A stretch of DNA of 64,000 nt from NCBI GenBank assembly GCA_964488775.1, contig CAZAWH010000001.1, positions 1,269 through 65,268 on the forward strand, written 5' to 3'. A model generated the notes under the pieces. It did no database searches and was not told where the DNA came from. It worked only from the letters and a program-made list of their open reading frames with translations. The position numbers and the translations under genes were made by a program. This DNA is from an uncultured Sandarakinorhabdus sp. (GTDB lineage: Bacteria; Pseudomonadota; Alphaproteobacteria; Sphingomonadales; Sphingomonadaceae). The first letter of the stretch is position 1; the number at the start of each line of letters is the position of its first letter. Shown piece after piece: positions 46,622 through 55,733 of the stretch.

Positions 46622-48232
46622 ATGCGAGCCGTGGTGTTGGCGCTGGTGGTGCTGGCCGCCGTGCTGAGGGCCAATGGCATCGGCCAGGGATTGCCCGGTC
46701 TTTATGACCCGGACGAACCGCTGTTCCTGATCAACGCGCTGGAACTGCTGGCAAAACAGACGTTGATGCCCGGTTGGTTCGGGCATCCCGGGATCACGAC
46801 ACTCTATCTGTTGGGGGCGAGTGATCTGTTGGTCTTCCTGGGAGGCCGTATTGCCGGCCTGTGGAGCACCACTGGTGAATTCGCCGCCCGCCTCTATGAA
46901 GATCCTTCGCTTGTCGTGCTGGCCGGCCGGGCCGCCATCGCGGTGCTGGCATTGGGTGTGATTGCCGCCACGGCCCGACTTGGTGCACGTCTCGGTGATG
47001 CAAGGGCCGGGGTGGCGGCTGCCTTGCTGCTGGCCGTCAGCCCGCTGCACACCGAGATTTCCGCCCTGGTGCGGACAGATATCATGGTCAGCCTGTTCTG
47101 CATGCTGGCGATGCTGGCTGCGGTGCGGATTGTCCATGAGAGACGGCAGCGGGATCTCATCGTGGCGGGCCTTTGGATGGGCACGGCCGTGTCAACCAAA
47201 TGGCCCGGGGCCATTTTGGCGCTGGCACCGTTGCTGACCTGGTGCTGGGCCTGGCGGCATGACCGGTCGCGCTGGCTGTCAGGGGCAGCGATGCTGGCCG
47301 CTGCAATCCTGCTGGCGATGGCAGTGTTGATGCCGCCGCTCTGGCTGCAGCCGCAGGATGTGTGGGAGGCGCTGCGCAACGAGGTGCAGCCGGCCCATGT
47401 TGGCGCGACCGGCGGCGACTGGTTGTTCAATCTGGGTTGGTATGTCAGGGCCTTGTGGGACCGCGGGCTTGGTTGGGCAGCGTTGCTGGTGCCGGTTGGC
47501 GCAGTGCTGCTGATCAGGCATCGGCAGATGCCGGCCATTCTCACGCTGCTGCTGCCGGTGATGGCGCTGGTCGCCTTGCTGTGCAGCCAGGCCAATGTCT
47601 GGCAGCGCTGGCTTGTGCTGCCACTTCCAATGCTCGCGCTGTTGGCAGGCTTTGGCCTCAGCGGCCTTGCCCGGCAGCTGTCGGCATCACGCCATGGCCT
47701 GATCATGGCCAGTGTTGGTGTCACCCTGGCCGTGCCGATGGGGCTGGCAAGCTGGTCGGAGGGAACGGCCCGGGCCAACCCCACCCAGGCGCGGGCCGTG
47801 GCCTACATGCTGTCCCACGTGCCGGCCGGCAGCCGCATCACGGTCGAAATGCTCGCGTTTCCCCTGCTGAAGGGCAATTGGACGATCCGTTACCCATTCG
47901 GCCCGGTCGGCTGTGTCGATGGCCGCCAGCTTTTGGCGGGCAAAGTCAATTATGACGATGCCGCAGGCGCGCAGAGGGGCAAGCAGAAACTCGTGCTGGG
48001 CACCATCAATCCGGCTCGCGTGGAAAGCTGCTGGACTGATTATGCCATCATCCACGATGCTGACCGCTGGTTGGCAGAGGCAGAACGCTATCCGCAGGAA
48101 GCCGCTGTCTACCGGGCCTTCATCGATGGCGGCACCGTCATCGGCGATTTTCGTTCAATCCCGGGCGTGTCGGCCGGGCCGCGCACGCTGGTGATCAGGC
48201 TTGGCCCGCAGCCGCCTTCAACCTTGCGTTGA
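46622..48232 (+). CDS. ArnT/PMT (GT39/GT83-like) membrane glycosyltransferase
   Basis: DPDE in the first loop, FGHP, RTD and STKW motifs; many TM helices; soluble C-terminal domain. Confidence 0.75.
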   Translation: MRAVVLALVVLAAVLRANGIGQGLPGLYDPDEPLFLINALELLAKQTLMPGWFGHPGITTLYLLGASDLLVFLGGRIAGLWSTTGEFAARLYEDPSLVVLAGRAAIAVLALGVIAATARLGARLGDARAGVAAALLLAVSPLHTEISALVRTDIMVSLFCMLAMLAAVRIVHERRQRDLIVAGLWMGTAVSTKWPGAILALAPLLTWCWAWRHDRSRWLSGAAMLAAAILLAMAVLMPPLWLQPQDVWEALRNEVQPAHVGATGGDWLFNLGWYVRALWDRGLGWAALLVPVGAVLLIRHRQMPAILTLLLPVMALVALLCSQANVWQRWLVLPLPMLALLAGFGLSGLARQLSASRHGLIMASVGVTLAVPMGLASWSEGTARANPTQARAVAYMLSHVPAGSRITVEMLAFPLLKGNWTIRYPFGPVGCVDGRQLLAGKVNYDDAAGAQRGKQKLVLGTINPARVESCWTDYAIIHDADRWLAEAERYPQEAAVYRAFIDGGTVIGDFRSIPGVSAGPRTLVIRLGPQPPSTLR

Positions 48233-49126
48233 TGGCACCGGTTCCACGCCGGTGATGCGGCCATAAACAAGGTCCTGATAATCCTGGGCCATTTGCAGCG
48301 TCTCGGCGCCGACCTGGAAGTTCCAGGGGCCGATTTCGGCCAACGGGGTCACTTCGGCAGCGGAGCCGGTGAGGAAGGCCTGCTGGAAGCTGCCCAGTTC
48401 TTCCGGCCAGATGGCGCGTTCGATCACCTTGATGCCGCGGCGCTGGGCGAGCGCGATGATGCTGCGCCGCGTGATGCCGTCGAGGAAGCAATCAGGCGTG
48501 GGGGTGTGTAGTTCCCCGTCCTTGAAAAAGAAGATGTTGGCGCCCGTCGCTTCGGCAACCTGGCCACGCCAGTCGAGCATCAGCGCATCGTTGTAGCCCT
48601 CATTCTCCGCCTTGTGCTTGGACAGGGTGCAGATCATGTAGAGGCCGGCGGCCTTGGCGCGCACCGGCGCGGTGTAGGGTGCGGGGCGGCGCCATGGGGC
48701 AATGGCGAGGCGCAGGCCCTTCTTCAGCGCCTCCGGCCCGAAATAGGCACCCCATTCCCAGCAGGCGACCGCCATATGCGCCTTGGTCTTCTGGGCCGAA
48801 ACGCCCATCTGCTCGCTGCCGCGCCAGGCGATCGGCCGCACATAGGCGTTGGTCAGATTGTTGGCGGCCAATGTCGCGCGGCAGGCCTCGTCAATCTCCT
48901 CGACGCTCCACGGCAGCGGAAAGCCCATGATTTCGGCCGATTCGATCAGCCGCTGCGAATGGGCCGACAAGGCATAGATATGGCCGCCATAGGCCCGCGC
49001 GCCTTCGAACACGGCGCTGGCATAATGCAGACCGTGGGTGAGGATATGCACGTTGGCGGCACGCCAATCCACCAGCTGGCCATCCATCCAGATCTGGCCG
49101 TTGCGATCATCGAAGCCGGTGTCCAT
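48218..49126 (-). CDS. ilvE: Branched-chain amino acid aminotransferase
   Basis: LHYASAVFEG, KAAGLY, EATGANIF, LDGITR and TGSAAEV motifs. Confidence 0.93.
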   Translation of the reverse strand: MDTGFDDRNGQIWMDGQLVDWRAANVHILTHGLHYASAVFEGARAYGGHIYALSAHSQRLIESAEIMGFPLPWSVEEIDEACRATLAANNLTNAYVRPIAWRGSEQMGVSAQKTKAHMAVACWEWGAYFGPEALKKGLRLAIAPWRRPAPYTAPVRAKAAGLYMICTLSKHKAENEGYNDALMLDWRGQVAEATGANIFFFKDGELHTPTPDCFLDGITRRSIIALAQRRGIKVIERAIWPEELGSFQQAFLTGSAAEVTPLAEIGPWNFQVGAETLQMAQDYQDLVYGRITGVEPVPSTQG

Positions 49127-49271
49127 GGCGATGCCTCTTTCCATCTGCATGCAATTTTTTGGCTGGCAGCAGGCAACCGGCGTAACAAACGAACCTCATC
49201 ATGGCCCGTGGCTGGCCGGTTGTTGCGTCAACCGCTTGCCATGGCATAGCCAATGTGGCAGATATGTCAAC

Positions 49272-49790
49272 ATGACTGTCCCAAATGTCATCCAGGCGGC
49301 AACGCCGCTGCGGGTCACGCCCGCTTCGCCGCTGTTCCTGCGGGAAGACGAGATCAGGCGCGGCATCGAGCTGCTCTATTTCGGCTATACCGCCATGATC
49401 CGCGGCGCCGATGCCATCCTGGAAGCGCAGGGACTGGGCCGTGCCCACCACCGCGCGCTCTATTTCATTGCGCGGCGCCCGGGGTTGAGCGTGGGCGAGC
49501 TCATCGGCCTCCTGGGCATCACCAAACAGTCGCTGGGGCGCGTGCTGACGGAATTGCAGGCACGCGAACTGGTGGAACAGGCGGTGGGCACCAGCGATCG
49601 CCGCCAGCGCCTGTTGCGGCTGACCACGGCCGGTGCCGCCCTGGAGGCGCGCCTGTTCGCCGAACTGGAACGATCGATGGCCCGGGCCTATGGCGAGGCC
49701 GGGCAACAGGCGGTGACAGGCTTTTGGGCGGTGCTGATGGGCCTTGTGCCGCCTGATGACCGGGCGCGCGTCGAAGCGCTGCAGGACTGA
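49272..49790 (+). CDS. MarR-family regulator (PetP-like)
   Basis: LGRAHHRALYFI, ITKQSL.RVL and DRRQRLL.LT motifs; diverges from ilvE. Confidence 0.88.
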   Translation: MTVPNVIQAATPLRVTPASPLFLREDEIRRGIELLYFGYTAMIRGADAILEAQGLGRAHHRALYFIARRPGLSVGELIGLLGITKQSLGRVLTELQARELVEQAVGTSDRRQRLLRLTTAGAALEARLFAELERSMARAYGEAGQQAVTGFWAVLMGLVPPDDRARVEALQD

Positions 49791-49975
49791 GCGCGTGCGC
49801 CAGGCGGCGCCGCGAAAAATTTTCAAAGAACCATCTGATCATCGCCGAATTTGAGAATGTAGGACAGTGCGTTGACCAAATATCTGATATAAAAAGAATA
49901 TTTCTGCATGTTTGGCAGTGGAATCAGATGATTTGATGGATTCGGCGACGATTTCGCGTGACAGAAACGGTGGTT

Positions 49976-50080
49976 TTGGTGGCCGATTGTGGCCCAACGG
50001 TGACGGCGTTTGAGGCCGTGGTGGCGGCAGTCCGTGCCGTGGTGACGGCGGTTGCGGCCGTGGTGACGCCGTTCAGCCCA
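49976..50080. repeat. Degenerate 21-bp tandem repeat, about 5 units
   Basis: ttggtggccgattgtggccca / acggtgacggcgtttgaggcc / gtggtggcggcagtccgtgcc / gtggtgacggcggttgcggcc / gtggtgacgccgttcagccca. Confidence 0.6.
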
Positions 50081-50855
50081 GTTCGCGGGAACGGGCCGCA
50101 GCTGCGGCGACCACCTGTTCCAGGAGCGGCGCCAATGCCGGCATCAGCACGGACAATCCGGCCGCCGTGGTGCCACCGGGCGAGGTGACGCGTTCGCGCA
50201 AGGTCGCAGCCGACGTCGCGCCATCCTGGGCGGCAAGGGCGGCCGCCCCGATCACCGTCTGCCGGGCCAAGCGCATGGCCATGGCCGGCGCCAGGCCAGC
50301 CGCTTCACCAGCCGCGGCCAGCGCCTCCATGAAATGGAAGACATAGGCCGGGCCAGAGCCCGAAAGCGCGGTCACGGCATCGAACTGGGCCTCATCGGCC
50401 AGCCACACGGTTTGCCCGACCGGCTGGAACAGCGCCTCGGCGGCGCCCTGCACAATGTCACCATCCCGGGTGAACAGGGCGGTCGCGCCCTGCCCCACGG
50501 CAGCCGGCGTGTTCGGCATGGCGCGCACGATGCCCGCGCCGGGGAACAGCCGGGCCAGATCCTCCGTCCGCACACCGGCCATGACGGAAATGATCAGGGT
50601 GAGCGGCCCAAGCCGGCCGGCGAGTGGCAGCACCGCCTGGGCCCAGGCCTGCGGCTTTACCGCCAGCACCACGATGTCGGGTTTTCCAACGGCCGGGGGA
50701 CGCGCCAGCGCCTCCACGCCCGGTGGCAGGTTGCGGGCGGCCGGATCGATCACCGCCACCGGCCCCAGGCCTTCATCCAGCCAGCGCCGAAGCAGGGCGC
50801 CACCCATGTTGCCGCACCCGATCAGCCAGATCGGCGCCCCCGCCCCGTCTGTCAT
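50073..50855 (-). CDS. proC: Pyrroline-5-carboxylate reductase
   Basis: IGCGNMG, AVKPQ, RAMPNTP, SGSGPAY and VTSPGGTT motifs. Confidence 0.95.
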   Translation of the reverse strand: MTDGAGAPIWLIGCGNMGGALLRRWLDEGLGPVAVIDPAARNLPPGVEALARPPAVGKPDIVVLAVKPQAWAQAVLPLAGRLGPLTLIISVMAGVRTEDLARLFPGAGIVRAMPNTPAAVGQGATALFTRDGDIVQGAAEALFQPVGQTVWLADEAQFDAVTALSGSGPAYVFHFMEALAAAGEAAGLAPAMAMRLARQTVIGAAALAAQDGATSAATLRERVTSPGGTTAAGLSVLMPALAPLLEQVVAAAAARSRELG

Positions 50856-50858
50856 CGA

Positions 50859-51377
50859 TCAGGCTTCGCCAGCGGTTTCAAGCAGGGCAGACGCCAATGC
50901 CTCGGCCGGGCCCTGGCCGGCGAGCAGGACCAGCTGGAACACCGGATAATAGCGCTCGAACTCCTCCACCGCGGCATCGGTGAGGATTTCGGCCTGCGCC
51001 GCCGAAAGGTCGCCGCCATCGGCCGCATCATCGTCGGCCAGCAAGGTCGCATGGCGGAACAGGATCGAGCCATCCGAAGACCACAGCTCGAAATGGCCCA
51101 TCCACAATTGTTCGTTGATCAGGCCGATCACTTCATACACCGCGGCGCGCTGGTGATCGGCAACCGCCAGATCGCCCCGCGCGATGATCTGCAGCACCCG
51201 GTCGTCCCCCCGCCACAGGGCGCGGAGTTGATAGGTCGTCCAGCCGCCCTTGACGGTGGTGATGATCTCCTCATCACCCAGCCGTTCCGATGCCCAGCCA
51301 TTGGCATCAAACAGCTGTTCCAGCATGTCGATCGGGGCCGGTTCCGGGCCGGCAAATTCCATGTCGGGAAAGCTCAT
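50859..51377 (-). CDS. YbjN-domain protein
   Basis: LINEQLWMGHFELW and ERYYPVFQ motifs; typical alphaproteobacterial neighbour of proC. Confidence 0.8.
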   Translation of the reverse strand: MSFPDMEFAGPEPAPIDMLEQLFDANGWASERLGDEEIITTVKGGWTTYQLRALWRGDDRVLQIIARGDLAVADHQRAAVYEVIGLINEQLWMGHFELWSSDGSILFRHATLLADDDAADGGDLSAAQAEILTDAAVEEFERYYPVFQLVLLAGQGPAEALASALLETAGEA

Positions 51378-51462
51378 ATTGCCCCTCCCTTACAAGCGTG
51401 GGGACAGGCTGGGCAAGCCTTGCCGATTCGGCAAGGGGCCATGGCCCATTATCTTGTGGATA

Positions 51463-51729
51463 TCAGCCGTGATCGCCACCAGATTTGGCCGCCAGTTCGG
51501 CTTTCAGGGCGGCAATCTCGGCCTTCAGCTGCTCCACCGCCTCGCGCGCCGCCATGGCCGTGGCCTTCACGGCGTCAAATTCGTCGCGCGTGATGTCGGC
51601 AGCGCCAACGAAATCCTTCATGCGCTCACGGGCTGCGCCAGAGAATTCCTTGGTGGCGCCCGCCAGCGTGCCCATGGCCGCAGTGGCCACCTTGGACAGG
51701 TCTTCAAACAGCTTGTTGTCATTCTGCAT
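51463..51729 (-). CDS. UbiK/YqiC-family accessory factor
   Basis: LFEDLSK..T.A.G and TRDEFDAVK..A..AR followed by a coiled coil. Confidence 0.8.
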   Translation of the reverse strand: MQNDNKLFEDLSKVATAAMGTLAGATKEFSGAARERMKDFVGAADITRDEFDAVKATAMAAREAVEQLKAEIAALKAELAAKSGGDHG

Positions 51730-51732
51730 GGG

Positions 51733-52284
51733 TCAGATTCCCATTTGCATGGCATCGGCCATGGGGTTGAGCATCAGGATGCTGGTGTTGAGCCCGGTGG
51801 CAAAGCACAGCCAGGCCAGATAGGGCACCATCAGCCACGCCGCCAGCCGGTTGACCCGGGCAAAGGCGAAGGTGGTGGCCAGCGCCACCACCAGCATGGT
51901 GACGATGATGGCCAGGGCCAAGCTGATCATGTGCAGGCGGAAAAACACCGGCGACCAAGCGAGGTTGATCAGCAGGCCGATGCCGAACAGCGTGATCGCC
52001 AGCGGCTTGCCCCTGGCGTTGCGCGTGCCCCACACCATGGCAAAGGCGACCGCGATCAGGGTGTAGAGTATGGCCCAGGCGATGCCGAACAGCGGCCCCG
52101 GCGGCTGGATCGCCGGCAGGGTGAGCGACTGATACCAGGGATTGGTTTCCGTGGAGCCGGCGACCCGCGCCGCCAGCCCGCCGACAAACAGGATGCCGGG
52201 CACCGCCACCAGCGCGGCGCGCGCAAAGCTGCCGGTGGCAAACCAGGGCTCCGGCGCAGGCAAGGCAGAATCATTGGCAGTCAT
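51733..52284 (-). CDS. tspO: TspO/MBR tryptophan-rich sensory protein
   Basis: WY..L..P...PP..FG..W..LY, LNLAWSPVFF and LMVPYLAW..FA..LN motifs. Confidence 0.9.
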   Translation of the reverse strand: MTANDSALPAPEPWFATGSFARAALVAVPGILFVGGLAARVAGSTETNPWYQSLTLPAIQPPGPLFGIAWAILYTLIAVAFAMVWGTRNARGKPLAITLFGIGLLINLAWSPVFFRLHMISLALAIIVTMLVVALATTFAFARVNRLAAWLMVPYLAWLCFATGLNTSILMLNPMADAMQMGI

Positions 52285-52331
52285 TGGTTCCTGCTGTAGC
52301 GGCTTTGCCGGCAATCGCCTATCCCGGCGCC

Positions 52332-52619
52332 ATGGATGGTGATGCCGCACATGATGGCTGCTGGCTGTGCCGGCGCCCGCTGGGCACACGGGTGGAACAG
52401 CATCACCCGGTGCCGCGCGCCAAGGGCGGCCGCACCGTGGTGGTGCTGCACCCGATTTGCCACCGTGCCATCCATGCCAATTTCACCAACGCCCAATTGG
52501 CCCGCATCGGCGCCAACCGGGAGGCCATGCTGGCCAACGGCGATCTGGCGGCATTCCTGGCCTGGGTGGCGGGAAAGCCGCCCGATTTTCATGCCCCCAC
52601 CCGAGCCAAGCGGCGTTAG
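52332..52619 (+). CDS. Small HNH endonuclease
   Basis: CWLC, HHPVPRAKGG and HPICHRAIH motifs. Confidence 0.8.
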   Translation: MDGDAAHDGCWLCRRPLGTRVEQHHPVPRAKGGRTVVVLHPICHRAIHANFTNAQLARIGANREAMLANGDLAAFLAWVAGKPPDFHAPTRAKRR

Positions 52620-52629
52620 GGGCGAAGCG

Positions 52630-53376
52630 TCAGGGCAGGCTGGCGGCAATCAGAAACTCCACATTGCCTTCAGGGCCGGTGATCGGGCTGGGCGTGATGC
52701 CGGCCACCTGCCAGCCTTCACCCGTCAGCCAGGCCGCCACCGCATCACACACGCGCGCATGCACGCCCGGATCGCGCACCACGCCGCCCTTGCCCACTTC
52801 GGCCCGCCCGGCTTCGAACTGCGGCTTGATCAGGGCCAGCAGCCGCGCGCCAGCCCGCGCAAAGCCCAGCGGCACTGCCAGCACCTTGGCCAGGCTGATG
52901 AAGCTGGCATCGCACACGATCAGGTCCACCGGTTCCGGAACATGGTCAGCGGTCAATAGCCGGGCCGACAATTGTTCCAGCACCACCACCCGGGCATCCT
53001 GGCGCAGCTTCCACGCCAGCTGGTTGGTGCCTGAATCCACCGCATACACCCGCTGTGCGCCGCGGCTGAGCAGCACATCGGTAAAGCCGCCGGTTGAACT
53101 GCCGACATCGATGGCGACCGCGCCCGCCACATTCCAGCCAAAATGCGTCAGGCCATGATCCAGCTTGATGCCGCCGCGCGACACCCAGGGATGGTCCCGC
53201 CCCTTCAGGTCCAGCGGCGCATCGTCAGCCAGCAGATCTCCAGCCTTGGCGATCTTGCGTTCTCCCGAAAACACCAGCCCGGCCATGATCAGCGCCTGCG
53301 CGCGCGCCCGGCTTTCCACCAGGCCACGCGCCACCAGCAGCTGGTCAACCCGCGTCTTCGCGGCTGCGGCCTTCAC
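52630..53376 (-). CDS. tlyA: TlyA-family RNA methyltransferase
   Basis: S4-like RVDQLLV, VSRGGIKL, DVGSSTGGFTD, DASFIS, IKPQFE and SPITGPEGNVEF motifs. Confidence 0.93.
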   Translation of the reverse strand: MKAAAAKTRVDQLLVARGLVESRARAQALIMAGLVFSGERKIAKAGDLLADDAPLDLKGRDHPWVSRGGIKLDHGLTHFGWNVAGAVAIDVGSSTGGFTDVLLSRGAQRVYAVDSGTNQLAWKLRQDARVVVLEQLSARLLTADHVPEPVDLIVCDASFISLAKVLAVPLGFARAGARLLALIKPQFEAGRAEVGKGGVVRDPGVHARVCDAVAAWLTGEGWQVAGITPSPITGPEGNVEFLIAASLP

Positions 53377-53756
53377 CACGCCTTCTGCAGCTCCACCACC
53401 ATGACCTCGATCGGCTCCTTGCCGATGTTGATATCCTGGTGCGGCGTCTTGGGGTTGGCGGGCAGCCAATAGGCCTTGCCGGCTTCCCACACGGCGATGT
53501 CGCTCTTGTCGGCGGCCGGGCCGGTTTCTTCCAATATGTGCATGGTGCCACCCTTCAGCGCCACGATCACCCGCGGATGATCATGCCGGTGCAGCGGCAA
53601 GGGATTGCCCGGCATGATCAGGCTTTTCCACACCTTCACCTCATCATTGGCAAATTGCGGCGTGCGCATGGTGGTGGGCGCCGGGGCCTGTGCCACCGCC
53701 AGCCCAGCCCCAAAGCCCACGGCCGCCATCGCCGCCCCCATGGCCCAGATCTTCAT
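53373..53756 (-). CDS. Secreted cupin-domain protein
   Basis: Signal peptide, PLHRHDHP...G and PH...N.G motifs. Confidence 0.75.
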   Translation of the reverse strand: MKIWAMGAAMAAVGFGAGLAVAQAPAPTTMRTPQFANDEVKVWKSLIMPGNPLPLHRHDHPRVIVALKGGTMHILEETGPAADKSDIAVWEAGKAYWLPANPKTPHQDINIGKEPIEVMVVELQKAW

Positions 53757-53833
53757 TGTCGCTGCCCCCTTGCGCTGTCTTGATTGCCATCCAGCCTATC
53801 GCAGCGCCGGGCGCGCCGCCAGCGGCAGCACCG

Positions 53834-54202
53834 TCAAAAGCGCGCGCGCCTGGGCACCGTCACCGGCTCGATCCGGCCGATGCGGCATTGGCCGAAATTC
53901 ATGCCGCCAACCGGATCGACCACGTTGATCAGATCATTGCGGCACAGGCGCCCCTGCGTGTTGGCCCGCACGATGATGCGAAACCGCCCCAGGCCGGGGC
54001 AGCCATCGACCATCTCGGCCCGCCATGCCCCGCGCCCCTGACGCAGCAGCAGCCAGTCGCGGCTGTCGGTCACGACATATTGCATCCCGGTTTCATCAAG
54101 ACAGGTCACGGCCGCGCCGCTGACCGGCAACGCGCCCACATCGGTGCGCGCGGCCTGCACAGGCGCGGCCAGCAAGGCAAGCACGGGCAACAGACATCGC
54201 AT
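53834..54202 (-). CDS. Hypothetical secreted protein with 4 Cys
   Basis: Signal peptide MRCLLPVLALLAAPVQA; C..GCPGL..RLC..D..CRIG pattern. Confidence 0.65.
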   Translation of the reverse strand: MRCLLPVLALLAAPVQAARTDVGALPVSGAAVTCLDETGMQYVVTDSRDWLLLRQGRGAWRAEMVDGCPGLGRFRIIVRANTQGRLCRNDLINVVDPVGGMNFGQCRIGRIEPVTVPRRARF

Positions 54203-54226
54203 GAACACAGGATACGCCAATGCGGA

Positions 54227-55252
54227 TCAGGGCACAAACACCAGCTTTGGCCCCGGATCGGCCATGGCATCGGCGGCATCGGCAAAGCCTGCCACCCGAT
54301 GGGTCACATGCTCGGGGTGCAAATGCCCACACGCCAGGCAGCTGACCACGGCCGGCAGATGCGCCCGCGAATCCGCCCGCGCCGTCACCAGGGTGAGGCC
54401 GCGATAATAGGCTTCGGTCAACGGCACCGGCGTGGCGGGGGCGAGATGGATGGACACGCTGGTCAACACCGCATTGCGCGCGGCCGACCGGATGGCAAAG
54501 GCCAGCGCCTCGCTGGTGCCCGCCGCCTCGACCACGATGTCGAACAGTTCGGCCGGCCGGCCACGCTCTGCCAGCGCCAGCGGTTCGGCCTGCGCCCCCA
54601 ACCGCACTGCCCGTGCCCGCCGGTCGGCATCATCGTCCAGATACAGCACACGGGCGGCGCCCGCTGCCACGGCACAGCCAGCAGCATAGAGGCCGACGCT
54701 TTGCGCCAGGCCGCCCACCACCAGCACGGTCGCACCGGGCCGATCGGCCAGCTGTGGGCCAACCGCCCGCCAGCCATCGGCAATATTGTCGGTGGCGCTG
54801 GCCACCGTCACCGGATCCAGGCCCGCGGGCAGCGGCACCAGCATATGATCCGCCAGCGGCACCCGCATCAGGCTGGCGAGCGCGCCGCCATAATCCACCC
54901 GCGGCGCGCCGGCGAGCCCGAAGGCCGCCAGCGGCGGATAGGCTTCGCAACTGCCGGTGAAGCCGCGCCGGCACGACCGGCACGCGCCGCAGCTCAGCTG
55001 GAACGGCACAATCACCCGCTGCCCCGGGTTCACCCCGGCGGCGGGGCCGGCATCCACCACCTCGGCCACGCATTCATGGCCAAAGGCAAAGGGCCCCTTC
55101 ATCGGCACCACGCCAGTGGCAATGTAAAGATCCAGATCGCACCGGGCGACCGCGAGCGGCCGCACAATCGCATCGCGATCACCCATCAGGGCCAGCGGCG
55201 CCTGCTCGCGCCATTCAAAGCGGCCGGGGGCCAGAAAATGCAGCGCCTGCAT
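54227..55252 (-). CDS. Zinc-dependent alcohol dehydrogenase (MDR family)
   Basis: C.LD, GHE and CG.C..C.......C structural-zinc motifs. Confidence 0.9.
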   Translation of the reverse strand: MQALHFLAPGRFEWREQAPLALMGDRDAIVRPLAVARCDLDLYIATGVVPMKGPFAFGHECVAEVVDAGPAAGVNPGQRVIVPFQLSCGACRSCRRGFTGSCEAYPPLAAFGLAGAPRVDYGGALASLMRVPLADHMLVPLPAGLDPVTVASATDNIADGWRAVGPQLADRPGATVLVVGGLAQSVGLYAAGCAVAAGAARVLYLDDDADRRARAVRLGAQAEPLALAERGRPAELFDIVVEAAGTSEALAFAIRSAARNAVLTSVSIHLAPATPVPLTEAYYRGLTLVTARADSRAHLPAVVSCLACGHLHPEHVTHRVAGFADAADAMADPGPKLVFVP

Positions 55253-55256
55253 CGGA

Positions 55257-55634
55257 TTATTTCGCATTGTCGACGATGGTGGGCACATCGAAATACGACA
55301 GGCTGGCAGGCGCACCCCAGCGCTTGAGGACGCCGGCCTTCCACGCCGCATTGTACCAGGCGTCGGCGGCGGCCCGGCTTTCCCACAGATAGATGCCGCC
55401 AGCGCGGCCATCATCGCCAATGGTGTAATATTTGCGGATCAGGCCCGGCTTGCCCTGATAATCGCCCACACTGCCGGCAAAGGCCGCTTCCAGCTGGGCG
55501 CGCGGCAGACCGGGCGGCACCGGCACCGCCACCAGCACGGCCACCGGGCCAGCCGCCGCGGGTGTGGCCAACATCATGCCCAGCGGCATCAACATGCCGA
55601 TTGCCAGGGCGGGAACCAGTTTTGGCAGCATCAT
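55257..55634 (-). CDS. YdhR-like putative monooxygenase with signal peptide
   Basis: PGLIRKYY and AGGIYLWESRAAA motifs; AAGGAG RBS. Confidence 0.72.
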   Translation of the reverse strand: MMLPKLVPALAIGMLMPLGMMLATPAAAGPVAVLVAVPVPPGLPRAQLEAAFAGSVGDYQGKPGLIRKYYTIGDDGRAGGIYLWESRAAADAWYNAAWKAGVLKRWGAPASLSYFDVPTIVDNAK

Positions 55635-55733
55635 CGCTCTCCTTCGTCTGATGCAGCCATGCTGGCTTGCGCGCGGCTGGCCCGCCATACAAGATATCGC
55701 AAACCGGCGTTGCGTTTGTGGAAGGCCTTCCCC

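Noticed and set aside
49958..50188. 76-aa Val/Ala-rich ORF
   Set aside because: Arises from the 21-bp repeat, lacks an RBS and overlaps proC antisense.
51412..51424. GGCAA-gcc-TTGCC resembling the flagellar enhancer
   Set aside because: Spacer is 3 rather than 4 nt, it is a single copy, and no sigma54 promoter or flagellar gene is adjacent.
52332..52619. HNH gene as a defence or mobile element
   Set aside because: Stand-alone small HNH among housekeeping genes, with no methylase, repeats or mobility genes.
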